Below are positions 25,486 through 38,715 of a DNA stretch of 64,000 bases, piece after piece. The position numbers and the translations under genes are program-made. The stretch comes from Octopus vulgaris. Taxonomy: Eukaryota. The notes beneath the pieces were generated by a model that saw only the letters and a program-made list of their open reading frames with translations, was not told the origin of the DNA and made no database searches. The stretch is taken from positions 111,848,001-111,912,000 of the forward strand of contig OX597822.1 of assembly GCA_951406725.2 (NCBI GenBank), given 5' to 3'. The first letter of the stretch is position 1, and every line of letters begins with the position of its first letter.

Positions 25486-25659
25486 TACAGGACACCACAA
25501 ATATACGTAGAACACAACGAGAAAAGAAAACATAAAATCAAACAAAGAAACGGACTTTTTAACAACGAAAAAACAGAGTACAAGACAAACAATACAAGGA
25601 ATATTCCCCTTCATCAGCTGTCCCTGGTTCGACTCCATGCGTGTTTTGAAGGTAAGGGA
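25482..25659 (-). mobile_element. Probable Penelope-like pLTR fragment in (TA)n
   Basis: Inserted between TA arrays. Minus strand has CTGATGAAGGGG followed by a T-rich tail similar in character to 17418-17630. Confidence 0.4.
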
Positions 25660-28366
25660 TATATATATATATATATATCTATATATATATATATATATAT
25701 ATATAATACAAATAAGAAAATGGAGAAACAAATTTGGTTTGTTCATCAACTTACGGATATTATATTGTTGTATTATTTATTCATTTTATAAATGAGAACA
25801 TCAAAAGCATCCAAAAATATTATATAAATCAATAGATGAGATAATAATACAAATACAGATTTTAAAAGGCATAGTATAAATTAATGAAATCCTAGTATAC
25901 GTCATTTCTTCAGATTCGCATTTTAACCCGAAATTTAGTTTATTCTCTGTCTGATACTCTGATAAATATTATTGCCTCATTAATCCAGTTAAACTCAGTG
26001 TATAGATTCTGTATCTATATGCCAAAACAAAAGAACAAACAAACAAAAAGATGGCCTAAGTTTTACATCTCTCATAAACTATTGCTAATATTCCGGTTGC
26101 GATTTGTTATAGGCTTTTTATAAAATAATTCGAAAGAAACAATACTTGTTGTATTCCCCCAAAAGGTGTATATCTGAGTTGTGTGTTGGAAATGAATTTT
26201 ATTCGACGAAAGCCAATGCCGCTTACCTGTATTGTTTGTATAGCTTATCCATTTCTTATCACGTTTCAACTCGATTAAGGACAATTATTTGTTCATTGCT
26301 AATTAGCAAATTGTTGAGTGCTCTGCGATAGCACATGAGATATACACTTATTGTTCCAGTCTGTCTGGGCTGATCTTGCACAGTAGGCAAAGGTTTATTT
26401 AGCCAGCAGAAAGGTCTCGGATAATTCGACGCGAATCTTCTTCAATTACTGTTTACTTTTTACTTCGCCAAACAGTTTTCTTGGAAATGGAACATTTCTT
26501 TTCGGTATCACGATCATGATCTGAACCCATGACATGAGATAACTTGAGCATAATTCTTTTAATATCACCTTCGGCCGAGATTGGGCAGTCGGGACGTCTA
26601 CAGGTGCCCACATGTGGATTCTACTTGATGCTACAAATGCAAATTTGATGTGAGTTAGGTTAATTATACGCCTCTCTATAGAACGGTCAGTTACGTATCT
26701 GCTAATTATTTTAACAGATAATTGTCTAGATCGATCATCATTTACACGTACTGTAATGAGTCTAGTAGTTACATATATACTTAAGCATGTACACACGCAC
26801 AAAAGCTCATATATACACGCACGTACACACACACTCGCACGCGTACACACACGCATACACACACACTTTTGTGGCAGTGCGTGCGTTTATCTGAGGAAAC
26901 ATATTTCCAGTGTATTGGCAGACCTTTTAATACAAAAATTTATCGCAGATGATTTTTCATTTTAATAATCTCTAAATTGACAAATGGAGAAAAAATCGTT
27001 GGTGATTAAATAGTGAAGCTTAAATATACACCACATAATATGGAAATTATTTCTTGTTTTATGGATTGATATGAAGGCATACATATAATTGGAAATATAA
27101 TCAATGTTTTCATTTCTCTTTGTGTCAAATACTGAACTGAAATTCAATATTTCTCATTCTATTCTTTATGTGTAATGATAGCAATGTTTTAATAAACAGG
27201 AAACATTGTCTTCAGTGATAAAAATCTGGCTGTATGAATTGATAGAATTGACAGAAGCGATTTTGTTTATTGAATAAATTTAAGCAATTTGTTTGTCTAT
27301 AAAACCGTGTGCATCAATATAAAATTGATGAAAGCACTTGTATATCAATATATATTGGCTGAATTACCTGTTAAATGAAAGTGTATAGAGCAGGTGTATA
27401 CTGGATTATGAATGACGGTAATAAAACATAAAGTATCTTCGTTACCTGAACTTGTTACACAAGGTGTATACTTGATTATACCGGCGGTAATAAAATATGA
27501 GTATCGTATTCGGCTTAACTTTGTTCCATAACGTGACATGTCAGATTGCCTTGCTACTATAGAAAGTTTAAAGATATTTGCGCTATCATAAATTTTCTTC
27601 AAGAAGTGAAAGAAATATTACATAAGAAATTATTTATCTCTTAACTTACAAATTCAAAGGTTTCGTTTTTCAGTTATGTGCATAGACCTAATCAAGAAAT
27701 GAAATGTCGTTATGGTTTTCGCTATGTCAGCGAAATGCGCAGTATGAGACAATTATTTGATCTAGGTATAAATTTAATCAGGAATAACAAAAATCAAGCA
27801 ATGTCACACGATGTCTCTGTGATAAGATCGTCATAAGTTATAAATGCGTTAGCGATATTGATAGTAACCTTAGATATCTCACAAAGTATCGCTGCTTCAC
27901 TGCAGAGTCAGTATAGTTGTATTGCAAAGATATCAGGGAAGGAGTTTGTCGTTTTATTACTGATTGTAAACTGTATTGAAGGCAATGGAGGAGATATTTA
28001 TCAAGTGTCAGACTATGAAAACTGAATCCGAATACGATATATATAATAATGCGACGCCTGACGAATTGTCCATATAATTCTTTTGTTAGCAATGATGATA
28101 ATGCGGGTTTTATACATTAAGTATGAACTTTATAAAGTTATATTTTCGTAGGTAATAAAATAAGGGAAAGCAACTCCCTGGGTTACTATGATTCAAATTG
28201 TCTACAATTCATGGAATAAACACATTTTATTTCTTTGAAAGCTACGTCTAAACACTTACCGTTGTTTAACTTCTCATAAAAATATGAACATTTAACATAA
28301 GACGTGTGTCTGTCGTTTACTAAAAAAACAATCATAGATTGATATATTCATCACATAGCATCATAT

Positions 28367-28831
28367 TCTCTTTTACTCTTTTACTTGTTTCAGTCATTTG
28401 ACTGCGACCATGCTGGAGCACCGCCTTTAATCGAGCAAATCGACCCCGGAACTTATTATTTTGTAAGCCCAGTACTTATTCTATCGGTCTCTTTTGCCGA
28501 ACCGCTAAGTAACGGGGACATAAACACACCACCATCGGTTGTCAAGCAATGCTAGGGGGACAAACACAGACACGCGCACACATATATATATATATATATA
28601 TATATGCATATATATACATACATATATGCATATACATATATATGTATGTATGTATATATACATATATACGTCGGGCTTCTTTCAGTTTCCGTCAACCAAA
28701 TCTACTCACAAGGCTTTGGTTGGCCCGAGACTATAGTAGAAGACACTTGCCCAAGGTGCCACGCAGTGGGACTGAACCCGGAACCATGTGGTTGGTAAAC
28801 AAGCTACTCACCACACAGCCACTCCTGCGCC
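28367..28831 (-). mobile_element. SINE family C
   Basis: Reverse complement of 13671-14079. Confidence 0.9.
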
Positions 28832-29266
28832 TATATAATATACAATACTCTAGAATCTTTTTATACACATCGACGTTTTTCGCGTCATTTATATGAGTCA
28901 GAGTTGTAACGATTTTAATAAGCAAACGCATTCAACAAGCGGTCGTCTGACCATTTCAAAATACATCTCGAACAAGATTATGAACTGCGTTATTCCTTCT
29001 TTTAAGACAGTAGATTCTTCGGCCATTTATTTCAGATCGATGATTGTGTAAAAGAACGATCGCTGATACGTGAAAGAAGCTCCTCCTAAAAATATTATAC
29101 AAAATGTTGAACATCCATCGGATGGGAATGGACGAAAGCCGCTGGACTACGTTGATGATTTTAGCATTATTAGGAAACAAAATACCTGCCATATTGATTG
29201 AGGAACAGAAATTCTTGTCTCGAGTGTGAAATTTAACTCGTTGCAACATTTTGTATATTAATAACG

Positions 29267-29324
<58 letters not shown>

Positions 29325-29421
29325 TAATAATAATAATAATGTTGATGATGATGACAACAACAACAACAATAATAGTTAAAAAATGAAGAAGAACAAGAAC
29401 AACAACAACAACAGCAACAAC

Positions 29422-29477
<56 letters not shown>

Positions 29478-29478
<1 letters not shown>

Positions 29479-30170
29479 TAGGTCAATTTCATAGGGATAT
29501 TGAAGATAAGACAGACAGAGAAAAAAGATTGCTGTGGGTGACTAAAAGTGATTTAAAACCGGATACGGAGGCTCTAATCTGTGCTGCCCAAGAGCAAGCA
29601 CTAAGAACAATCTACATAAAATACAGAATAGATAGCACATCAGAAAGTGATAAGTGCAGAATTTGTAGATAAAACGGTAAAAAAGTATGGTATATTACCA
29701 GAATTGGTACCACCACAAACCTGAAGGAATTGTCGAAAATAGAATGCAAAGATCCTATTGGATTTTAGGATTCAGTGCGACCATGAGATAGAGAATAGGA
29801 AACCGGACATAGTCTTAATTGAGAAAGAAAGCAAACTATGCTGGACATCGATATAGCATGTCCAGCTGAAAACAAGGTATGCGATAAAGAAGAAAGAAAA
29901 GTAGAGAGATATGACAGGTTAGCTTGGGAATGTAAACAGTTGTGGTCGATGAAAAGGTAGCAGTAGTAACAATAATTGTCGGAACCCTGGGAACAGTGAG
30001 CAAAAGTCTCGAGTAGTACGTGGAACAAAGAGGGGCTGCAATAAGGGTGGAGAACTTGCAGAAAAGAGCAGTGCTTGGAACCGCTCGAATACTCCAGAAG
30101 GTGCTCGAAAAATAAGAGGTGTTTGTACACCACAACCGCAATATTCCAACAGATGGTCATCTGTGCTCGT
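29478..30170 (+). mobile_element. R4/Dong-type 3' fragment (CCHC/RLE region)
   Basis: GQFHRDI, LKPDTEALICAAQEQALRT, DKCRIC, NRKPDIVLI, DIACPAE and LGTARILQKVLEK*. Preceded by an (AAT)n array. Confidence 0.8.
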
Positions 30171-30171
30171 C

Positions 30172-33100
30172 ATCAAGTAGCCAAAAGGAAAAGAATGAAA
30201 AATGGTCTACAGGAGATAATAAAGAAGTTCTTAAGGCCTTCTATCATGCTAGATATTTCCCCACAAATAAATCTAATGCTGTACCACTTTGAGATAAGAC
30301 CCTACGTAGACAATAACAAACTTGCCAAAGTGAGGAGAAATTATTAACTGAATTAGAGATTGACCAAATTAAACAATCATTAATGGATAAAATGAACGAA
30401 GTTGCAGCTAAAGAAGATACTACTGAGGAAATAATTATAGACCAACCCAGGGCTGATGAAAATACAATAATGATTGAAAGCGTTGATATAACTGATAAGC
30501 AAAATGAAATACTATCTGAGCCAACCATAAACACTAAGGCAGATGAAAATCAAATAGATGAAGAAAGTAACACAGAAATTGACCCAACAGAACTACATGA
30601 TATAAAAAAATCAAATCATGTTTCAAGAGCTGAAAATTAAAGAAACCAGTATGAATAAACACGACACTCTCACAAAAATTCGCAACTCAAACCAAAACTT
30701 GAAAATAATTGGTAAAATACACCTTATATTTCAGGATATAATTTCAGCTAATGATGTTGATATTACAGATCTCATCCACTCTTAACGTTTCTATGTGGTG
30801 AAAAGATTAGAAAACAACAACATTCCAACAAAAATCGTACTTGGCAAGAGCGTATTCAACACCAAATTCAGCTACTTAGGTATGACATAGAATGTTTAAA
30901 AAACCTTAAGTTTGGCAAGACTATTAAACCAGCAAAAATCCGAAAATTAAAGAAAACTATGAATATGAAAGCCATATTTGACATCGATACTACCATAGAA
31001 ACTATGAAGTAAAAGGTATATGCTAAAGTTACCTGCATACACGGTATAAATTGCACATTAGATTCTTAAGGCAACAACATGTTAAAAAATAACCCAACAT
31101 TCATTTTACAGGAAGATAGGGAAAATACTAGTTACAGTAAAGTCTGTCCCGTCAAAGAAAGTAGTGCAAGAATTTTGGAATAAAATTTGGGCAGAAGAAA
31201 AAACACACAATGAAAAGGCCCCTTGGATTGATAGAATATCCACAGACTTAGATTCCTGAGAAGAGTAAAGGTGGGTGAGTATCAAGGTACAGGATGTAAG
31301 ATCTGCTCCCAGGAAGTCAAGCAAATGGAAGTCTCCGGTAAAGGATAAAATTCCTAAATTCTGGTTGAATGCCCTCCCAGAGAGCCAAGAACCACTCACG
31401 AAATTTTATAACGTTGTTTTGCAACAACCTAGTACGATTCCCTATTGACTACTGGTGTTACATTCCTACTTCCAAAAAATTAAGAAACAAATAAACCCAA
31501 AAATTATAGACGCATAACCTGCTTAACAACAATGTATAAAATGCTAGCATCTGTCATAACTGAATACACCTATTTGTTAATAGACCGTGGCTAATTTCCT
31601 AATGAGCAAAGAGGATGTAAACGTGGGTCCTGTGCTTGTAAAGATCAGCTACTCATCAATAAGATGATCTTGGAAGATTGTCACAAATGTCACAAAAACA
31701 TGTCGATAATCCGGATAGACTATAATAAAGCTTTTGATAGTCTAGCACATAGCTGGATTAAGAAATGTCTGGAAATGTAGAAAACATCACCTACTCTGCG
31801 AAAGTTTTGTCTGTAAGTATGAGATCAAGGAGAAGCACACTGACTTCGAACACAGACAATGAATCTCTTAATGCTGGAGATGTAAGAATTTCATGTGGCA
31901 TTTTCCAAAGTGACTCTCTATCACCACTCCTCTTTTGTCTAACTTTAATACCTCTCTAGAAATTGTTCAATGATGTACAATAAGGTTATAAAATGTTTGA
32001 AAAAATATAAATAATCTCATTTACATGGAGGATTTAATGCTCTTTGTAAAAAAAAATGGCTAACAAATACATCGCTTACTAGCAATTGTTAAACAATTCG
32101 GTGAGGACATCAGGATGCAATTTGGCCTCGATAAATGTGCAAACGCTACCTTTATCAAAGGGAAAAATGATAGAAACATCCAATGGTAATCTAGACACCA
32201 TCGGAATGTCATAAAATACTTAGAACTAGCGGAGAGTTACAAACACCTAGGGATATTTGAAAGGGAAGGTATCAAACATTCAGTGATGAGGGAAAGTTTC
32301 AGAAGAAACTGTTATCGCAGAGTAGGGGCAATACTAAAGATAGAGCTGAAGGCAAGAAACAGGATCGAAGCAATCAATACTTTAACCATGAAAGTCTTTA
32401 CTTACAGTTTCACTATCATTAACTGGTCAATTAATGAAATATGAAATCTTGGCAGAAAAATAAGCAAATTGTTGACAATGCGTGGAATTACCACTCTAAG
32501 GCAGATATAGAACGACTTTACTTGCCAAGAAGAGAGTGTGGCCGTGGAATTAACAATGATGATTGCCAAATTTGGTCTAGACAACTACCTAAAAACTCTG
32601 ATGACAGGATGTTAAAACTTGTCTCAAAGCTTGAAAGCAAGAACGCCTCATACTCAGTAACAAATCAGGCAAAGGAATATCCAAATGAATTCCAAATACA
32701 AAAAATTCCATAATTAGACGTCCTGGAGACAAGCACAGAAAAAGCTAAGCGTATGAAAACCCTTGCTAAAACTGCTGCCTTAAATATTCTTACTGATAAA
32801 TGGCAAGAAAAACCTCAATGACAAATATCCAAAGAGTGATAATGGTGCCGATGTCGACAAAGCTCTTACCCATCAATGGTTAGTGTCTTCTGGTTTAAAA
32901 TCACAAACACAAGTGTTTATCATAGCAACCCATGATCAATGCCTACCTACAAGAAACTACCAGGCCAACATATTAAAGAACGGCAGTAGCCCAACGTGTC
33001 GGGTAAGTAAACAACAAAATGAAACCATTGATCATGTTGTCACCATGTGCAATCATTCTGGGCCTACAGGGTATTTGAACAGGCATGATAGAGCAGCACA

Positions 33101-33738
33101 ATATATTCATTGGGTAATTTTCAGAAAACTGGCCCTATCCCATGATAAAAACTGGTGGAAAACACAAACCAACCCAGTGCTTGGAAATGATCACATCTCA
33201 TCCCTCTAGAACTTCACCGTTGAAACTGACAAACAGATAGATGCGAATAGGCCAAACATTTTATTGAAAGACTTCAGACAAATATGCCTCCTCACGGATA
33301 TGACTGTCCCAATCGACATAGATGTATCTGTCAAGACCTACCAAAAACTGAGTATATATAAAGATCTTGAAATAGAGATTGGCAAAATGTGGAACCTCAA
33401 GACTAAAACAATATCTGTTGTCATAGGTGTCCTAGGAATGATAGCAAAAGAGCTGATTCCCAACTAGCTCAGATACCAAGAAACCCAAAAATGGCAGAAA
33501 TTCAAAAGTTAGTAATCATGGGAACTGCCTCTATCCTACGTAAAATACTGTCTATATAATCTCAAATTTTAAAGCAAACTCATAAGTTTCATATGTTTTC
33601 TTAAACATTCTCTATGTGCAAAACTAAATATATGACACCCTCGGCATAACACCAACTTGAACCTCTAACTTGTTGCCACTTGAGGTCTCTGGGTGAGATT
33701 TGGAGTCAACTTGTACAAACGTAAAGCAAAAGTCAAAC

Positions 33739-33739
<1 letters not shown>
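30172..33739 (+). mobile_element. Near full-length degenerate R4/Dong-type non-LTR retrotransposon (RT plus restriction-like endonuclease)
   Basis: RT motifs PKNYRRITCLTTMYK, KDQLLINK, IDYNKAFDSLAHSW and GIFQSDSLSPLLFCL. C-terminal ETIDHVVTMC..RHD, NRPNIL and KYKDLEIEI-like motifs. Ends in (TAA)n. Many stops and frameshifts. Confidence 0.88.
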
Positions 33740-33807
<68 letters not shown>

Positions 33808-33810
33808 CAA

Positions 33811-34313
33811 TGGAAGTGTTATCATGTACATTGTTTTGTCTTGGTATAAAAGATGGGCTACAGCAAATATTCTGCTCAATACCACAGATTTGCTTGTCAG
33901 TTGTTTGACCTTAACCAGTTGAGCATGTCCCTTAGTGGCTGACGATATATGCATCTCTGATCACGAGCAGAAATAGTGGGGGAGCATCAGAGCCATGTGT
34001 TGAGAGGGATTCTTTGGGGTTTGAATAATTCACCTCTGGAAACATGGGTGGTTCTTTCAACATCCTTAAACAACCCTTATTCAGGGACCTTTTAAGCGGA
34101 ATGGGCTACTCAACCTGAAGAAAATTCTAACTGGACCCCACCTGCAAGGTCATGTGCTGTTTATCTTAATATGAGATCACCATGTCGCGCACATATGGTT
34201 GTGATGCATGTGCCTAGTGTACCCTTATCAGACGGGTAGTCATGATGGGTGTACTGGGCTTCGTATATTTTACCCCAGTGTCACTTTGATAGCATGCACT
34301 GCTCTCTCACTCA
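33811..34313 (+). mobile_element. ~550-bp TAA-associated non-coding repeat, 5'-truncated
   Basis: High identity to the reverse complement of 4192-4741. TAA/CAA arrays on both sides. Confidence 0.8.
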
Positions 34314-34327
34314 ATAATAATAATAAT

Positions 34328-34410
<83 letters not shown>

Positions 34411-34435
34411 TGATGATGATGATGATGATGATTTG

Positions 34436-34990
34436 ATGCTTTGATGCAATACCAGGCACTGGGTGTGTTATGATTTTAACTGATTTGACATATTTTGTGC
34501 TATGCATATTTTGTCTTGGTATTAAAGATGGGCCGCAACAATTATTTTGCTTAATATCACAGATTTTCTTGTCAGCTGCTTGATCTTACCCAGTTGGGTC
34601 TCTCCCTTAGTGACTGACGATATGTGCACCTATGATCAGGCGCAGGAGTAGTTGGAAACAATCAGAAGTATATCGTTATAGGGATTCCTTGGTGTTTCAA
34701 TGGTCCCTGTCTGGAAACATGGGTATTTTTTTCATCATGCTTAAACATCCTCTATCAAGGGGACTTTTAAGTGTATGTGCTACTCAACTTGAAGAAAAAA
34801 TTCTTACTTTGCCCCACTTGCAAGTTCACGCGATGTTTATCTTGGTATGTGGTTACCATGTTGCACACATGTAGTTGTGATGCCCGTGACTGGTGTACCA
34901 TTTTCAAATGGGCAGTCACGGTGTGAAGACTGGGTTTCCTATATCTGTTCTCCAGCATCACTTTCATCGCGTAAGATGCCCTCTCACTCA
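34436..34990 (+). mobile_element. ~550-bp TAA-associated non-coding repeat, older copy
   Basis: Colinear but diverged homolog of 33811-34313. Flanked by GAT/AAT arrays. Confidence 0.75.
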
Positions 34991-35104
34991 ATGATGATTA
35001 TGATGATTTTGATGATGATGATGATTATGATAATGATGACGACAACTACGACGATGACAACGATGACGATGGCAATGAAGGGAAAAAAGAAGAAAATGAT
35101 GATG

Positions 35105-35156
<52 letters not shown>

Positions 35157-35873
35157 GGAGGAGGAGGAGGAGGAGGAGGAGGAGGAGGAGGAGGAAGAGG
35201 AGGATGTCGAAGAAGTACTAGAACATATTCAAATTACGAATCAAGTAATTTAACGATGTATTTACGAATCAAGTAATTTAACGATGTGACTTGTAGTATT
35301 ATGGAATCAGTTTTCATACCACTCATCTCAAGTAAAAAAAAAAACGATGAAGACACTAAAAGATTAAATTTTTCATCCTTTTAAAAACACATTTCTTTAC
35401 ATTTCTGTTAATTTAAGATGTCAATAACGATGCTTTTGCTGCTTTTCTTTTTCTATATTACGCGAATCTACTCATTATTAACTTACAGGGATAAATTAGT
35501 TCCTCATATATTTTGTTAAGTACAGTTAAACGTGCTAAGTGCATGACACTATGAAGCTCTCACTGCTGGTAATTATTTTCGATATTGCATTTTTATTTCA
35601 AATATTTGAGGAGCGAGTTAGTGGATGGTATAAAAATGTTGCTGTATGACTTCATCGCTCGCTAATGAGATGGAGAAACATGTCAATGACAGTTGCTGAT
35701 GGAGTGGAAAGTCACTGGAATTGTAAACATCGATCACCGATAAACATCTTATATGCAATTACTGAATATTTTTTTTTAATAAGAATTTGCTGATTTCCAG
35801 TAAATGTACACTTATCTAAAATGTAAGACAATAACCATTGATACATTAATACATATTATGTTTATCATTTGAA

Positions 35874-36575
35874 GGCAGCGAGATAGCAGAATCGTTAGCA
35901 TGCCGGGTAATATGCTTAGCGGCGTTTTATCCGTCTTTTCGTTCAACGATCAAATTTCACTTAGGTCAGCTTTGCCTTTCACCCTCTTGGGGGTCTGTAT
36001 AAAATAAGTAAAAGCTGAATACTGGGGGTCGATGTAATCGATTTATTCCCTAACCAAAACAGCAGGTTTTGTGCCAAAATTTGAAATCAATATATATTAT
36101 GCTTATTATTTGAAGGGGACGGAACCATTAACTCACCGGGCAAAATGCTTCCGTCTACATGCTCCGAGTCCAAATTCTGCTGAAGTTGATTTTGCCTTTC
36201 AATCCTTTCGAGGTGGATGAAATAAGTACAAGTCACGCACTGGGGTCGTTGTAATCAAATAGGTCCCTCCCACGAAAATTCAGGTCTTGTGTCTATAGTA
36301 GAATGGATTATTTGATGCGGCGAGCTGGCACAATCTTCAGCGCGAATGATTATCAGCATTTCGTCCATCTTTGCGTTCTGAGTTCAAATTCCACCGAAGT
36401 GGAATTTACCTGCCATCCATTTGAAATGCAAACTGGTAATATGAAATATAGTTATAAATCTAACTAACAGCTGTTACTCTGATTAGAGATCCACTTGTAC
36501 ACTGTAGGTTTACAGGGGTCGATGTAATCGACATACCTCGTCCCCCAAAACGTGCTGGCCTTGTGCAAATATGTA
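35874..36575 (+). mobile_element. Three tandem diverged SINE B-related copies
   Basis: Heads at about 35874, 36115 and 36316, each preceded by TTATT(A)TTTGA. All share TTTGCCTTTCA..GGGGTCGATGTAATCGA-like motifs. The third copy is interrupted at 36423-36513. Confidence 0.7.
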
Positions 36576-36956
36576 AAACCATTGTACATTACTTTTATCA
36601 TTAGCAATAATAGTTCTATTGAAAGTGGATCAACATCAAATGTAACAGATTTCCCCAATAAAAATACCACATTTACTATCTCCAAATACGAGTAAAATTA
36701 TGAAATATACCTAGTGGTATTGAAAATGCGCCGAAACTGCATTTGATCTTACTTTGTCTTTCATTCTTTCCGCGTTAATCGTATCCATCTTCCTCGGAAT
36801 TTTCATTACTAAATCAATAGGACACAGAAACTCTCATCATTTCCATTTCCGCCTTTCCATCTTCTTTGTTCATTCTTTCTCGTCCTCTTTGTCTTTCTAT
36901 CGTTTTCACTGCCATTTAATATGTATGTTTCTTTGTCTCTCTCTGCCTGCCTCTCC

Positions 36957-36998
<42 letters not shown>

Positions 36999-37585
36999 CT
37001 CACACTCTTTACTTACTAGCTGTTCTATTGAGCACTTACACTTCTCTTTCTTTCTCAATCTCAATTCTATACGCTACGACCGCTACTGCCGGTCACTCCC
37101 ATATTTTTTTTTTCCATTTGGCTATTTATTAAAAAAATTTGGGGTAAGATCGACACTGTCTTTCTTGTCTCCTGCTAAGATACCCTAGTCGCTCCCTTCC
37201 TTTGTGCTGAATTGCAACACTTTGAGCGTCTCTCCTCTGCATCTTGTTGAAAAGCTAACGTGCATTTCCATAAGTACTTGAGGATTTATGTGTACGTGTA
37301 AGCGCTTGTGTGTACACAGAGAAACTTACGGTCACACACTATATACGAATATATATATCGAAGAGGCCAGGGAACAGAAGAAAGAAGAAGAAAGAAGACA
37401 TGCACCCAACACCAGAGCTGAAAACACCTCCGAAAGGTGGGGCCCCGCCACGTCAAAACGGTAGAGGAGTAGGGGCCGAAACCGGACGTGGTTCCTCCTG
37501 ATGATGTCTTGAGCTAACTGGATCCTATAAAGGAGCTGTTGTGGTAGCAGACCACGAAACACGGTTGTAATTCCCCTATGTGTGT

Positions 37586-37655
<70 letters not shown>

Positions 37656-38325
37656 CGAAGACACAGGGCTTAGGAATTGTTGAAGGTTATTTACTGAACC
37701 CTCATTCATCGTCTTCGATGAGAGAATCCACCATATATGTGTGTGTGTGTCTGTCTGTCTGTCTGTGTATTCTGCAGCAGTATTGTTTCTATCGGTAATT
37801 TTTTGTTCTATTTCTAAATTGTTTTACCTTGTGTGACCATTGCCTCAGTGATATTCTCTATATCACCAGCGCAACCAGACGAGGAGTAGCACAGAATTTA
37901 GATGTGCCAGAACGTCGATCGAATTACTACAACTATATTAGCCATTGTTACTTGGATTTCGTTCCACGCGTGCTACCTCAACAATCCCTTCCCCTCTAAC
38001 TCGTCACTACGTCATTCATCTTCTTTTGTATCCAGGACACCTTCTAGTGTTCCTTTCCTGCTCACGGCTACATGATGGTATTAACTTTCGACATTTTAAC
38101 CAGAATAATAACGGTGAAACCATGGAGACTCCTCATGCCCCCAGATTAAACATTTGAAATTGGAGATATCTGTTATAATTCAGATTTACATAGATTATGT
38201 TGTCAGCTCATTGGAATCTGCTTTTCTTTTCCTGTGGAAACCGGAAAACATTTAAGACATTATTAAAAAAATTCCACGTTCCCGAAGCAGTTACATGCAC
38301 AAAGGAAAGAAATGTAAGCTGTTTA

Positions 38326-38715
38326 TCTTTATATATAAAAGCGAAGTTGTGTGTCTATCTCCTACGATTTAGATTCCTAACTACTCCCACATTTTGCGGT
38401 GCAGTTTAACCAAAACCGGGTATCTTATAGTCGTGATTCATATCGAGCCCTTCTGGGTATTAGCACGCGTCTACGATGAGTCTACGATTTAAAAAATAAT
38501 TTACCATCATTTTTTTCCATTTTAAGGCATATTTTTTTAAAGGGAAGTAACTCTCTAAAAATGTCTACGATGAGTCAACGATTTCTTTAAAAATTTACCA
38601 TCATATTTTTTCCATTTCTAATGCATTTTTTTGCTATTTTTTGGCTATAACTCTCTAAATATGCTTTATAGTTATTTTCCTTACAAACCCGAGCAACGCC
38701 TGGCGATACTGCTAG
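38326..38715 (+). mobile_element. Non-autonomous Helitron
   Basis: A|TC...hairpin CCCGAGCAACGCCTGG...CTAG|T. Homologous to 1603-1997. Confidence 0.85.

Noticed and set aside
35874-36575. Regularly spaced repeats suggesting a CRISPR-like array
   Set aside because: The units are diverged SINE copies in eukaryotic DNA, with no constant repeat or spacer length and no cas genes.
37400-37578. GC-rich, hairpin-rich segment with GAAAC and CTGATGA motifs
   Set aside because: The motifs cannot be assembled into a consistent hammerhead topology, and the origin is unresolved.
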